IMG/VR virus record: IMGVR_UViG_3300038492_000241
Location: 1-40,602 of that record
Source of the DNA: a virus
Taxonomy: Duplodnaviria > Caudoviricetes
Reading direction: 5' to 3' (one strand)
Length of the DNA: 40,602 nt
Positions 17,757 through 26,893 of the stretch are shown here, piece after piece (position 1 is the stretch's first letter; every line of letters starts with the position of its first letter). Below the pieces are notes generated by a model. That model saw only the letters and a list, made by a program, of their open reading frames with translations, did not search any database and was not told the DNA's origin. The position numbers were made by a program, and so were the translations under genes.

Positions 17757-18680
17757 CTACACGCCTTGAGAAGAAAAACATCCCCTTGGGTCCGTCCAGC
17801 CAAAGCTGTACCTTTCAACAGCCGAGAACTGAATATTCTTAGTGTCAAACTCGTTATCCTGATCAAACTCAACTGCTTTACGAGTAAAATATTTTAAACC
17901 ATCAGGCGCATTAGTCTTGATAAACCAAGCTGTATCTGAGGTTAGGTAGTTATTAACCATAAACCCGCCAGGTAACAGACCCATGCTGCGAATAGCGTTA
18001 ATAGCATTATTAGCAGTATCGTTCTGTAATGTGGAGTTCATGATACGCTCAGCCTCGAAGCCTAGCTTAGGCGGAACAATCAAGCGCTGACCTTTGATCG
18101 AGATACGAAGACCGCGAGCATCGGTCGCCTCATTGATCTGGATAAGCAAGTCCTCCAAGGCAGCTTCTGACAAAGCAGCAGGAGTAGCTAACTCATTACT
18201 ATAAGTGCTTCCATCAGTTGGTCCGCGAACGTGAGCAGTAGAGAATAATTCTACACCGTCACCACCTGGCATTGTGAAAGCTGGGTTAAAGCCACGGTTA
18301 AGAATGTTAGCGCCTACGTTCTCTTTAGTTTGTTGCATAGAGAATGCTAGAGCGCGCGCTTTTGAGGTAAAGATGTTATACAGCTCATCCTCTAACGCTT
18401 CTTTAGTTACAATAAAGCCCTTCGCATAAGTCAAGTTATCATACTTAGGCGCAAAACCTTCTTGCTGACTATCGTAAGCAATTCCAGAGCCTTCATTCTT
18501 TACAGAAGCAAGACCAAAACCTTCAAGCTGCTGGTCTAACTCGAACTTCTTCATTGAGCTATCTTCGTCAAAAATCATATTCCATTGCATTTCATGCTTG
18601 TCATATGCCTGGCCGAAAACGCTCTTAATGCCTTCTTGCAGTAATCGGGATATATTACCCGTAGTAATTACACCGCTCAT
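17757..18680 (-). CDS. Major capsid protein
   Basis: ITTG..., GFG.A.VK.EG..I.YD, LIVPP.L.F.A.RI..S, ERYSFGWTDPRG; 307 aa; follows scaffold and decoration genes. Confidence 0.92.
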   Translation of the reverse strand: MSGVITTGNISRLLQEGIKSVFGQAYDKHEMQWNMIFDEDSSMKKFELDQQLEGFGLASVKNEGSGIAYDSQQEGFAPKYDNLTYAKGFIVTKEALEDELYNIFTSKARALAFSMQQTKENVGANILNRGFNPAFTMPGGDGVELFSTAHVRGPTDGSTYSNELATPAALSEAALEDLLIQINEATDARGLRISIKGQRLIVPPKLGFEAERIMNSTLQNDTANNAINAIRSMGLLPGGFMVNNYLTSDTAWFIKTNAPDGLKYFTRKAVEFDQDNEFDTKNIQFSAVERYSFGWTDPRGCFSSQGV

Positions 18681-18682
18681 AA

Positions 18683-19222
18683 TTATACCCCTGTAGTTCC
18701 GTCAACTGTTGATTCGTTAATCTGACAAATTAGTGTGGTGTCAGCAGCGGTGCCGCCATCTTTACGACCTACAATTCTAATCTGAGCAGAGGCAGCACCA
18801 ACCGAGCTAGTATCCACCTTCATATTAGAGTTAACTAGGTTACCAGTAGTAGTTGCAGCAGTAGCAACGATATCAGCGTTTCCACCAACATCACCAGCCG
18901 CTACAGTCGTTGAGCTTTCAGCCTCTAACAACATTTCACGACCAACAGCTACTTTGACTTTTCCAGCAGTGCTTGCAGGAAGGCCTTTGCGCTCTAAGTT
19001 GGATAAATCGGGATCGATAGCAACGATAACGCCAGTAATCAAGCTTCCAGCACTGGCGGCATCAACTTCAGCGAGCCCGTCTGAGTCAGATGTACCAGTC
19101 TCAACGACTAAATCACCAACTGCTAACAACGTAGCGTGGCCTGCATCGACACCATAAGTTTGAACTTTACCCGTGTAACGACCACCGGTAATTGAGTTAA
19201 TTGGGCGGAATCCACCAGCCAT
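18683..19222 (-). CDS. Capsid decoration/stabilising protein (start probably 19222)
   Basis: GFRP...GDLV...GV.V motif; immediately upstream of the capsid gene; AGAGGTGA SD. Confidence 0.72.
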   Translation of the reverse strand: MAGGFRPINSITGGRYTGKVQTYGVDAGHATLLAVGDLVVETGTSDSDGLAEVDAASAGSLITGVIVAIDPDLSNLERKGLPASTAGKVKVAVGREMLLEAESSTTVAAGDVGGNADIVATAATTTGNLVNSNMKVDTSSVGAASAQIRIVGRKDGGTAADTTLICQINESTVDGTTGV

Positions 19223-19358
19223 TTTAATCACCTCTCATTAAGTTTAAATTCGGTTACAACAAAATCAAAGTGCGCGCTGGCTAGTTTGAATTTTGCACCT
19301 GCCTTGCTTCTACAAGACAGGATATTTATAACATTTCCTTTCTTATAACAAAAAAAAC

Positions 19359-19763
19359 TTAGACTTGCAACGGTTCGCGGGTTACAGCACTGCTTTTATT
19401 GAATGGAGAATACTCTCCTTTTTTGAGTTTGATATCTTTATTCATTGCGGCATCAATCTTGGACTGCTGAGCTTCCATATCCTCATTGTAATATTCCATC
19501 GGTAATCGCATTAAATAATGCTTACTGCCACCGCCAGCCATTACAGTTATTTGTTCATTGCGAGAGTCGAGAACCGGCTCATAGTAAGCAGCCTGCAATC
19601 TTTCAATCATTCCATTTCTATCGAGTGCCCAGTAATAGAAATAACCTTCCTCTTTAATGCCCTCAGGAACTGTTAATTTTCCACCTGACTGCATTGGTAC
19701 ACGTGCAGGCCTTGCGCTATTTGATTTCGAATCTCGACCGTTAGTATTTCTTTCTCTAGACAT
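19359..19763 (-). CDS. Conserved head-operon protein
   Basis: L.VP...EGY.YYW..D..G.I......YE.V...LMRLP.EYY.ED motif typical of this gene slot. Confidence 0.72.
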   Translation of the reverse strand: MSRERNTNGRDSKSNSARPARVPMQSGGKLTVPEGIKEEGYFYYWALDRNGMIERLQAAYYEPVLDSRNEQITVMAGGGSKHYLMRLPMEYYNEDMEAQQSKIDAAMNKDIKLKKGEYSPFNKSSAVTREPLQV

Positions 19764-20650
19764 TATTTTTTCCTCGAATTCTGAACCGCTTTTAAGAAAT
19801 CTTTCTCGCTACCAAACATGCTTTTACCAAATTGCTGCCACTCTCTCTGCTCGGCGGGTGTTAGGTCAGCCATAGTTAAATCTCGACTTTTCCTAGACCC
19901 GGCTCTATTAGGGGTTTTATTGCCTCTCTCAGAGTAATTGCTAGGTGCTTCACGTCTCGGGTTTGTTTCTGACGGATAAAACCTATTTAATTGAGAGTCT
20001 AGATAATTAAGCACTTGCTCGGTAGTTGCGTAAGGGTTTTTAGCTAGATAGTCTCTATATATAACGTTAGTATGAGCAGTCTTAGGGTTAGTTGCATCCA
20101 TGACCCATGGGTTTTCGCTCTCCCAGTCAGCTATAAGTGGATCTTTTTCTGGCTGCTGTTGTTGCTGTACAGGCTGTGCAGTTTGGTAAATATCATTGAT
20201 TTCTTTCTGAGCTTGGTCATAAGCATCCACATCAGCTTCTTCTACAGCTGTTCGCTGCCTTGCCATCGCATCTTGAAGTTTTTGTTCTAGCTGAGCGCTG
20301 TGATACTTATTTAAGTTTTCTAGCTGCTCATTAAATTTTCGCTCCATGCTTTGTATGCGATCATTCGTCGATTTCTGCAACTTGCCGTAACGAATATACT
20401 CATGAGCAGAAACATAGCGGTCTGGGTCTCCACCTTTTTCTATAAAACCCTCTTTGTCAGGGTTCCAACCCATATCGATGGCTTCTTGCTCTATTGCGCT
20501 GTATTGCGGCTGCTCTGATTGTTCCTGCTGCTCTAGCTCAGGCTGATATTCTTCTACCTGATCCACCTCTTGGCTTTCTTCTTCCGGCTGCTCAACTTCT
20601 TCTTGCTGCAACTGATTATCAAAAAAAGCCTTTAACTTTTCCTCGCTCAT
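19763..20650 (-). CDS. Capsid scaffolding protein
   Basis: E/Q-rich N-terminus, A..MGW.P, coiled coil, W..ENPW, C-terminal LT.AE helix. Confidence 0.78.
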   Translation of the reverse strand: MSEEKLKAFFDNQLQQEEVEQPEEESQEVDQVEEYQPELEQQEQSEQPQYSAIEQEAIDMGWNPDKEGFIEKGGDPDRYVSAHEYIRYGKLQKSTNDRIQSMERKFNEQLENLNKYHSAQLEQKLQDAMARQRTAVEEADVDAYDQAQKEINDIYQTAQPVQQQQQPEKDPLIADWESENPWVMDATNPKTAHTNVIYRDYLAKNPYATTEQVLNYLDSQLNRFYPSETNPRREAPSNYSERGNKTPNRAGSRKSRDLTMADLTPAEQREWQQFGKSMFGSEKDFLKAVQNSRKK

Positions 20651-21027
20651 TATTGATCCTCCAGCATCGCTTTAAACTCGCCATCAGCTAAGCCAATAAT
20701 GTCGCTATCAAGCACATAGCGGTAGTTTTCAAACTCTTTGCTGTATTCACAAGCACGAGTAAATTTGCCGTCGTAACGTGTTTTTAATTCGATAATGTCG
20801 CCAACTTTAACACCCCAATCCTCTGGACCATTAAAATCTGTGTTGGTGTAAATAAATTTGTAGGCTGTTGGACCAAAAGCAATAATTCTTGCTATGTCTC
20901 GACCTTTTCTTTCGCGCTCTTGCTCTGTAGCAGAGTTTAAAATAATTCCACCTGACGACTTAATCTGAACTGGCAAAATTTCTACTAATACGTGATGGCC
21001 AAGCGGCTTTACTGGACTACTACTCAT
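20650..21027 (-). CDS. groES: GroES-like co-chaperonin
   Basis: VKPLGHHVLVE...SSGGIIL...IIAFGP...VKVGD.I...Y.G...V.DSDIIG. Confidence 0.85.
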   Translation of the reverse strand: MSSSPVKPLGHHVLVEILPVQIKSSGGIILNSATEQERERKGRDIARIIAFGPTAYKFIYTNTDFNGPEDWGVKVGDIIELKTRYDGKFTRACEYSKEFENYRYVLDSDIIGLADGEFKAMLEDQ

Positions 21028-21367
21028 TATAATAAACCTCTACGGTAAATGAACAAACTATGATAATCATTAAACTATCATCGGATAGATACGACTCAGA
21101 GTCTATTACCTGAACGCATGGCAGTGATGATAATTTCATGTGACTGCTATCAACTTCTAGCTTTGATATTTCTTTATCAAAAAAGCTCAGGGCTGAGTCT
21201 ATAAGAGTTCCCTCTGGAATATTGCCAGGCTTAACACAGCATGACCAGCACGGACTATGTACAGCTTTTGTATAAGTCGCATTCTTGTCATGATTAGAAC
21301 TACCGCATTCAACAGATTTAATTACATGTCTTGTAATAGCATCCTGAATGCTTTTTCTTGACCTCAT
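21020..21367 (-). CDS. Hypothetical protein, paralog of 21591-21962
   Basis: Coupled ORF; shared motifs (see findings). Confidence 0.7.
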   Translation of the reverse strand: MRSRKSIQDAITRHVIKSVECGSSNHDKNATYTKAVHSPCWSCCVKPGNIPEGTLIDSALSFFDKEISKLEVDSSHMKLSSLPCVQVIDSESYLSDDSLMIIIVCSFTVEVYYNE

Positions 21368-21588
21368 TAAAAACCCTCTTCACTAAGATTAAAATACGCA
21401 TCCTCAAGAGATTTAACGCCTTTGCGAAACCCTTGGATATATGCTGCATTTAAAGCTGTTTCATCAATAGATTTGTAAACTCTTTCACGATCAATTATGC
21501 GTTGCTCTATAGCTTTGATCTCTTTAAAAATTTGCTGAGTTACCGGATGATGACTCCAATCTTTTACATCTTCTTGCGTGATGCTCAT
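21367..21588 (-). CDS. Small conserved protein following the portal
   Basis: W.HHPVT...G...G motif typical of this slot. Confidence 0.72.
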   Translation of the reverse strand: MSITQEDVKDWSHHPVTQQIFKEIKAIEQRIIDRERVYKSIDETALNAAYIQGFRKGVKSLEDAYFNLSEEGF

Positions 21589-21590
21589 AT

Positions 21591-21962
21591 CTATACATAA
21601 CCCGCTATAGAGTTGATTCCCGTTCTCATTATCATATATGGATCATCTGAAAACTCGAAGTGCTCTTCTGTCACGCAAGGCATTTCCCCTATAAGTATTA
21701 AGTGACCATTATATGGTTCTAATAATATTTCAAGCTCAGTCTTGAAATGGGTAATTAATTCATCTTCTGATTGCGTGAAATGTGTCGTGTATTCTCTTAT
21801 CGACTTATCATCATTAAGTTTAACTTTATAGTTATTTGAATATATATCAAATGCAGGATTAAAATTTTTAGATCGATCTATTTTAAATCTATAATTGTCA
21901 ACAATGAATTTACGTAACTCATCTTGAACGCGCTGACGTGATATATTCGTATACTTTTTCAT
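21591..21962 (-). CDS. Hypothetical protein (start probably 21962), paralog of 21020-21367
   Basis: ATG just after the portal stop; AT-rich. Confidence 0.7.
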   Translation of the reverse strand: MKKYTNISRQRVQDELRKFIVDNYRFKIDRSKNFNPAFDIYSNNYKVKLNDDKSIREYTTHFTQSEDELITHFKTELEILLEPYNGHLILIGEMPCVTEEHFEFSDDPYMIMRTGINSIAGYV

Positions 21963-21972
21963 AATTCTATAG

Positions 21973-24048
21973 CTACTGTGTCTGTTGAGTCGGTATGATT
22001 TGCTGTTGCGCTTGCTGATCAAGATTAACAGCTGTGGTGTAGGTAGAAACGGCATTATTGAGATCCTCTGTCTCAGCCTTTTCTAAGTTAAGCAGTGTAG
22101 CAGACTGATTCTTCAATGTCTCGCTTTCCTCTTTAGCTATCTTGCTCTGAAGTTCCATATCCTGTCTTAATTGCTCTCTTTCTATAGCATCGGCTTGCGA
22201 AGCAGCTATTAAATCTAATCGCTCCTGCTCCTCTGTAATCATTGACATGAGATCAGGGTTTTCAGTTAACAACTGCTGCAATCTTTGGTCAGGCGTTAAT
22301 TCTGGGAATATTTCGTCAATATTCTCAGAGCCAATGGCTTCATAGAAATTGCGAATGATCGGTTTAATATCACCGCCGGCCAACATAACAGCCTGCAACT
22401 GACTAATCTCAACCTGAGCCTGCTGTAATCTCTGAATTTTGCTCGATACTTCTGGGTTAGCAACCGGCACTATGTCCATGTCTCGAACATTGAAATCTTT
22501 AGCAAAGTCAGCTGCAGGGTTATCTAAGAACATCTGATATTCAAGCGGATCTAAGAATTGGCTATTTAATTCGTATAGCTTACCAAACTCCTTTGACATA
22601 GACCTGTAAATTCTAAGTATTATTGCCCCTGCTGACTGCTGCTGCTCTTGAACTAATGCAAGCGTCGTTGTTGCTGGCGCATTAGCACTCAGCGCTCCTT
22701 TTAGATCAGCACTAGCTGTTAATTCATTTGCACTAGCTGTCATTAATTGAACCATTTGCAGTAATGTTGGTGACGGCTCTTTAAATGAGTGGTCTCTAAT
22801 GCTTGTTTGTAATTCCTCTGGAGACATGTTGGTTGGCACGTATTCACCAGGCCTGAATTGAATAGGACCATTTCTTCGTCTGAAATCTTTAGCAGTGAAT
22901 CCGCCTTGAAGGTTGGAAAGAGTGCCTGAGTTAAGCAGATCATTTGTTAGTAGGTTAACGCCGGCATTAATAGAGCCGATTAAGTGAAAATAACCAACAT
23001 CGAGAAATCCGCCTTGTGGATCTCTAATAAATCCATATTTGGTTATATTATTAGTTGGCTTAATTCTAATAATTTCACGATCACCAAAATCATTAAGCTG
23101 AATTAACTGATCAAGCGTAGTCGCCCTGCGATTCTTATCATCTTTGATTAATACATCACTAGCCTCAAACCTAGGTGTAATCCTAACTACTCTTGACGTA
23201 GCCTCATGAACAACAAATGTATATGGCTCTTCATATCCATCTTCATCAATATCAAAAAAACCTTGCTGCTCTATAAACTCAAATGTGTCGCATGTAACAT
23301 CTTCACCATCTGGCGTTAGTTCTGGATCAATCCACAACCCTTGACGGACACGCTCTACTATCTCGCTACCAGTAAACTCTGGCAATTTCTCACTAAATCT
23401 ACGAAGACGGTCTATTGAGTGAGCATCATTATCAACGGCAAAATTAGGATAAGTAATTAGATCGCTGACATTACGACCTAAGCGGCTATCAAAATAGGTT
23501 TTCTTGAAAGCGGTGCCGGTGTACGGGAGATCATAAAGCATTTTCTCATGCTCGCACCGCCACTCCTCCATCTCAACATTCAGTTGATAGTTAAGGAAGT
23601 CCTCAACACGCCTAGCTCTCTCAGCCTTAGTCTTGTCCTGGTCATCACCCTGAGTATTAACCTTTGCAATATTTCTATTTCGCAATAACTCAGTAGATGC
23701 TCGATCAGAAAACTTTAACGATGCATTCATGATGATAGGGCTCTTGAAATTAGCAGCCCCATCCCACGGCTCTGATTTAGACTCGCGCTCTTGCTTTATC
23801 AGGTCGCGACCAGCATCAACACTATCAATCCAATCGCACATGCTATCTAAATCACTCTGGTAGCCTTCTACTACAGTGCGTCCAATTTCCATCAGCATAG
23901 AATCATCAAGAAGACCGGCAATATTATGCATAGGCACTAGAGTGTCGTTATTAGGGCCAGCAATAAAGAAATTAGCTAGTAAGCCAATACCCTCTTCATC
24001 TATCTCTTTATCATCATCACTATCAAATTCAATTAACATTTTAGCCAT
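21973..24048 (-). CDS. Portal protein (start probably 24048)
   Basis: K..PWDGAAN..SP, GTAFKKTYFD, L.NSGTLSNLQGGF, FKEPSPTL, PATTTLAL.QE; follows terL. Confidence 0.92.
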   Translation of the reverse strand: MAKMLIEFDSDDDKEIDEEGIGLLANFFIAGPNNDTLVPMHNIAGLLDDSMLMEIGRTVVEGYQSDLDSMCDWIDSVDAGRDLIKQERESKSEPWDGAANFKSPIIMNASLKFSDRASTELLRNRNIAKVNTQGDDQDKTKAERARRVEDFLNYQLNVEMEEWRCEHEKMLYDLPYTGTAFKKTYFDSRLGRNVSDLITYPNFAVDNDAHSIDRLRRFSEKLPEFTGSEIVERVRQGLWIDPELTPDGEDVTCDTFEFIEQQGFFDIDEDGYEEPYTFVVHEATSRVVRITPRFEASDVLIKDDKNRRATTLDQLIQLNDFGDREIIRIKPTNNITKYGFIRDPQGGFLDVGYFHLIGSINAGVNLLTNDLLNSGTLSNLQGGFTAKDFRRRNGPIQFRPGEYVPTNMSPEELQTSIRDHSFKEPSPTLLQMVQLMTASANELTASADLKGALSANAPATTTLALVQEQQQSAGAIILRIYRSMSKEFGKLYELNSQFLDPLEYQMFLDNPAADFAKDFNVRDMDIVPVANPEVSSKIQRLQQAQVEISQLQAVMLAGGDIKPIIRNFYEAIGSENIDEIFPELTPDQRLQQLLTENPDLMSMITEEQERLDLIAASQADAIEREQLRQDMELQSKIAKEESETLKNQSATLLNLEKAETEDLNNAVSTYTTAVNLDQQAQQQIIPTQQTQ

Positions 24049-24050
24049 AT

Positions 24051-26600
24051 TTAATACCAAGTCTCTTTTCTAGCTGAGTGATAGTAATCATCATATTCCT
24101 CCTCATCCTTATTAACAAATGAGTGACCGCCTGCAAAGCCTACTGCCAAATACTGCAAGGCGTCGTGGCAATTAGATACAAGTACGCCGTTGGCGTAGAA
24201 GCAGTGAGCATCTTTAACAGTCAGGTCGTATACTCTTTTGCTTTTTCGATCTACTACAGGCTTCACTTGCACAACTCTTAGAGCAGGTTTTCTTTTTGCT
24301 GTATTTATTGGCTTTAAATTCAGTATTGCAGATACAGCATTTCCTAGAGACATCATCGATTCCGCTAGCTTTTCTGGCCATTCCTTGACATGAGGCAGAA
24401 CAGAAGCCTTTCTTTCTAGCCTTGCTATAGCACTCGTAATCTTTCTTGCACCATGAGCAATTGAATATCGACTTAACTTCATTTGCCCATGACTTAAGGC
24501 CAAGCTCTCTATGGAACTTAACGCCTTCTTCTGTGCTATGCCAGGCTTTAGCTTTCTCCCGAATACGCTCCATATGCATCTTGGATTTTTCATGGTTTTG
24601 CTTATGCCATTGAACGGAATGGTGCGACTGATGTTGCCTAGCATCCATGAGTTTAAGGTTTTCAATCCGGTTGTTAGATTTGTCTTCGTCGATGTGATGG
24701 ACATGGTATCCGTCAGGTATTTCGCCGTTATAGAATTCCCACACATATCTATGCATGTAGATCGTTCTATCGCCATACTTTTTGTAGCACGCCTTATAGT
24801 ACCCTTCAGTTTTTTTATAAAACTTAACCCCGTTAAACTCTTGAATTGAATCTTTGCCCATTCTGGCGCATCTCCTGTGCTATACAATACATCGGAATAT
24901 TGTAATGCATCAGCTCTTACTTTGCCATGATCAGTATAAAAAGGGTGGTCGCCGGTGCATGTGATAACCTCACCGTTATTAAGATAGACTTCAAATAAAT
25001 CGTTAGAATACCTATTCATGGTTGCTGTGACAGGCTTTAGTCCAAAAGGAGTAATAACCATATCTCCAACACTAATATCCTCAATTGAAAGCTGGCCTCT
25101 ATTTGTTGATACTAGTGTTCCAGCAACAAAGCAGTGGGAGTAATGGTTCTTATCTGGCTTTTCATGATAGCGCGACTCTCCTGCTACTTGAATACGCTTA
25201 TATTGATAACCACCTATAAACCCCTTTCTTAATATCGAGCACTTCTTAGAAAGAAGCATGCCTGGCTCGCCGTCAGTCATCTTGGTTAGAAATGAGGTAA
25301 CCGCATCAATACGCTTAGTAGGGTCATTAGTCGGGGCTGGCGTAGTAGAAAATCCCATATTTAACGGCTGTATAATATCGCCATCATCATTATTAACAAA
25401 TTTATCGTTCAGTATGCCGATAGCTGTCTTACCTTCACCTTCACCTCTGTTGTTGCCAGCAGGGTCACCATAACTAAACGCTATCTCTAGCCCGCCGAAA
25501 TATCTATCAAGAAATGGTTTAACCACATCTCGAGCAAACTGTCTCACCCCCATGGATTTAGCAACCAGCTCAGCAAGAATTCTCATCTGGCCATTGTTAG
25601 TTAACTGGCCAATAACTACAGAAGGAGTTAAACCAAAGTCCCAGCCTAGCGCGATAGGGAGGTCTTCTATAATCTGAGTAACCTCTTGGTCACAGTGAAT
25701 ACGGTCATTATATTGTGGATAGACTGGCCTGCCTGTCCTGATCGTTCCGTAATTACCAAGCACCATTACATTTATATGGTCCTCAGTGTTACCTGCAATC
25801 ATATCTAAATAATACTGATAGCCGCCAGGAAGGAATTTGATATTCTCGGCGAGAGGATTTGGCTTGTAGTTATCACCCTCTTTAATTAGTGGAGCTGGCC
25901 CACGGAAGAAATCAAATATTCTCTCAACCTCAGCTCTAGCTTGAGGGCTTTTATTATCTCTAAGACAGCCCTCTTCTGCTAACTGATACCACCAATGATC
26001 ATCATCAGGTGGGTTAGTATCCATTAGTAATACTTTTCGAGTGCAGGGCTTGTAATTTCCATTCTCATCGCGTGGCGCTCGATAACTATTAGTGCGTCGA
26101 TCAGTATATCCATCCACTTGAGCAGGATAACGACCTATACGCTCACGAGCCGCCTTTACTACCTCAAACGGTATTTCCCTTGCCTCATTAATAAATGCGC
26201 CAGTTATCTCTAATGACAATAGTTTTTTAACATCATCTGGCCTATCAAGAGCTAGGAATAGAAATAATGCGTCAACCTTAGTCCCGTCTTGTAGCGGATA
26301 GCTAACAACTGCCTGGATCATTGGGTGCATAGTTACAGTACAGATATCATCCGGTAGCCACTGCCTAAATGTCTGCAGGGTAGTACTTCGTAATTCAAGT
26401 GTGGTGTTACGAATAATTGCCCATTTAGTTTTCCTAATGCCTTCGAAATTAGGCTCTTGTGTTACAGCTAATCGATGCAGTTCATTAATACACGTAACAC
26501 TCTTGCCATTACCTACAGGCCCAAGAAATCCACGAACAACTTTATTAGATGCATGAAATTTAGCGCCCGTCCTGGACGCCTGATAATTAATTGCTTTCAT
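24051..26600 (-). CDS. terL: Terminase large subunit with a 321-aa intein (start probably 26600)
   Basis: Walker A GPVGNGKS, Walker B AFINEARE, coupling motif MDTNPP, nuclease GWDFGLTP, YGDPAG and KN.YSH|(intein)|CHDALQY. Confidence 0.95.
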   Translation of the reverse strand: MKAINYQASRTGAKFHASNKVVRGFLGPVGNGKSVTCINELHRLAVTQEPNFEGIRKTKWAIIRNTTLELRSTTLQTFRQWLPDDICTVTMHPMIQAVVSYPLQDGTKVDALFLFLALDRPDDVKKLLSLEITGAFINEAREIPFEVVKAARERIGRYPAQVDGYTDRRTNSYRAPRDENGNYKPCTRKVLLMDTNPPDDDHWWYQLAEEGCLRDNKSPQARAEVERIFDFFRGPAPLIKEGDNYKPNPLAENIKFLPGGYQYYLDMIAGNTEDHINVMVLGNYGTIRTGRPVYPQYNDRIHCDQEVTQIIEDLPIALGWDFGLTPSVVIGQLTNNGQMRILAELVAKSMGVRQFARDVVKPFLDRYFGGLEIAFSYGDPAGNNRGEGEGKTAIGILNDKFVNNDDGDIIQPLNMGFSTTPAPTNDPTKRIDAVTSFLTKMTDGEPGMLLSKKCSILRKGFIGGYQYKRIQVAGESRYHEKPDKNHYSHCFVAGTLVSTNRGQLSIEDISVGDMVITPFGLKPVTATMNRYSNDLFEVYLNNGEVITCTGDHPFYTDHGKVRADALQYSDVLYSTGDAPEWAKIQFKSLTGLSFIKKLKGTIRRATKSMAIERSTCIDMCGNSITAKYLTDTMSITSTKTNLTTGLKTLNSWMLGNISRTIPFNGISKTMKNPRCIWSVFGRKLKPGIAQKKALSSIESLALSHGQMKLSRYSIAHGARKITSAIARLERKASVLPHVKEWPEKLAESMMSLGNAVSAILNLKPINTAKRKPALRVVQVKPVVDRKSKRVYDLTVKDAHCFYANGVLVSNCHDALQYLAVGFAGGHSFVNKDEEEYDDYYHSARKETWY
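24171..25133 (-). mobile_element. Intein in the TerL nuclease domain
   Basis: Block A CFVAGTLVST, block B ITCTGDHPF, block F VYDLTVKDAHCFYANG, block G VLVSN followed by +1 Cys; 963 nt in frame. Confidence 0.95.
24214..24861 (-). CDS. HNH homing endonuclease nested in an alternative frame inside the intein
   Basis: YMHRYVWE...GEIPDGYHVHHIDEDKSNNRIENL......H..HH plus two CxxC...CSxxC Zn modules; AGGAGA SD 9 nt before the ATG. Confidence 0.9.
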   Translation of the reverse strand: MGKDSIQEFNGVKFYKKTEGYYKACYKKYGDRTIYMHRYVWEFYNGEIPDGYHVHHIDEDKSNNRIENLKLMDARQHQSHHSVQWHKQNHEKSKMHMERIREKAKAWHSTEEGVKFHRELGLKSWANEVKSIFNCSWCKKDYECYSKARKKGFCSASCQGMARKASGIDDVSRKCCICNTEFKANKYSKKKTCSKSCASEACSRSKKQKSIRPDC

Positions 26601-26892
26601 CAGCAGTAAACACCATGTTAAATGAGACACCCTCACCAACACTGTGCGATACCTGCTGCTCGACCTGTTTCAGATCAGGCAAGTATTTATTAATCAGTTT
26701 TAGATGAATATCCGCTGCATGTTTCTTAGACTTAATAACAGAGTCATCCATCTCTCCACGGTTATCACGAAGCTCTTCAGCAATCTTGATAACATGCTGC
26801 AAATGACCCTGAGCAGCTAACTTGGCTCTAAGTTCATCCTGCCTAATCTTACGGATCTTGTTCGCTTTTTGATTCTGAGCGCCTGCTGGCAT
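26587..26892 (-). CDS. terS: Terminase small subunit
   Basis: Directly upstream of and overlapping terL; R..RQDELR..L...KL..KYLPDLK.VE motif. Confidence 0.8.
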   Translation of the reverse strand: MPAGAQNQKANKIRKIRQDELRAKLAAQGHLQHVIKIAEELRDNRGEMDDSVIKSKKHAADIHLKLINKYLPDLKQVEQQVSHSVGEGVSFNMVFTADESN

Positions 26893-26893
26893 A

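Noticed and set aside
12736-21295. Other TCATGA cores (TTCATGACG near 12736, GTCATGAT near 21287)
   Set aside because: Inside CDSs with no promoter context; compatible with chance
24511-24849. Third, antisense ORF inside the intein
   Set aside because: No recognisable motif or SD; likely a by-product of dual-frame constraint
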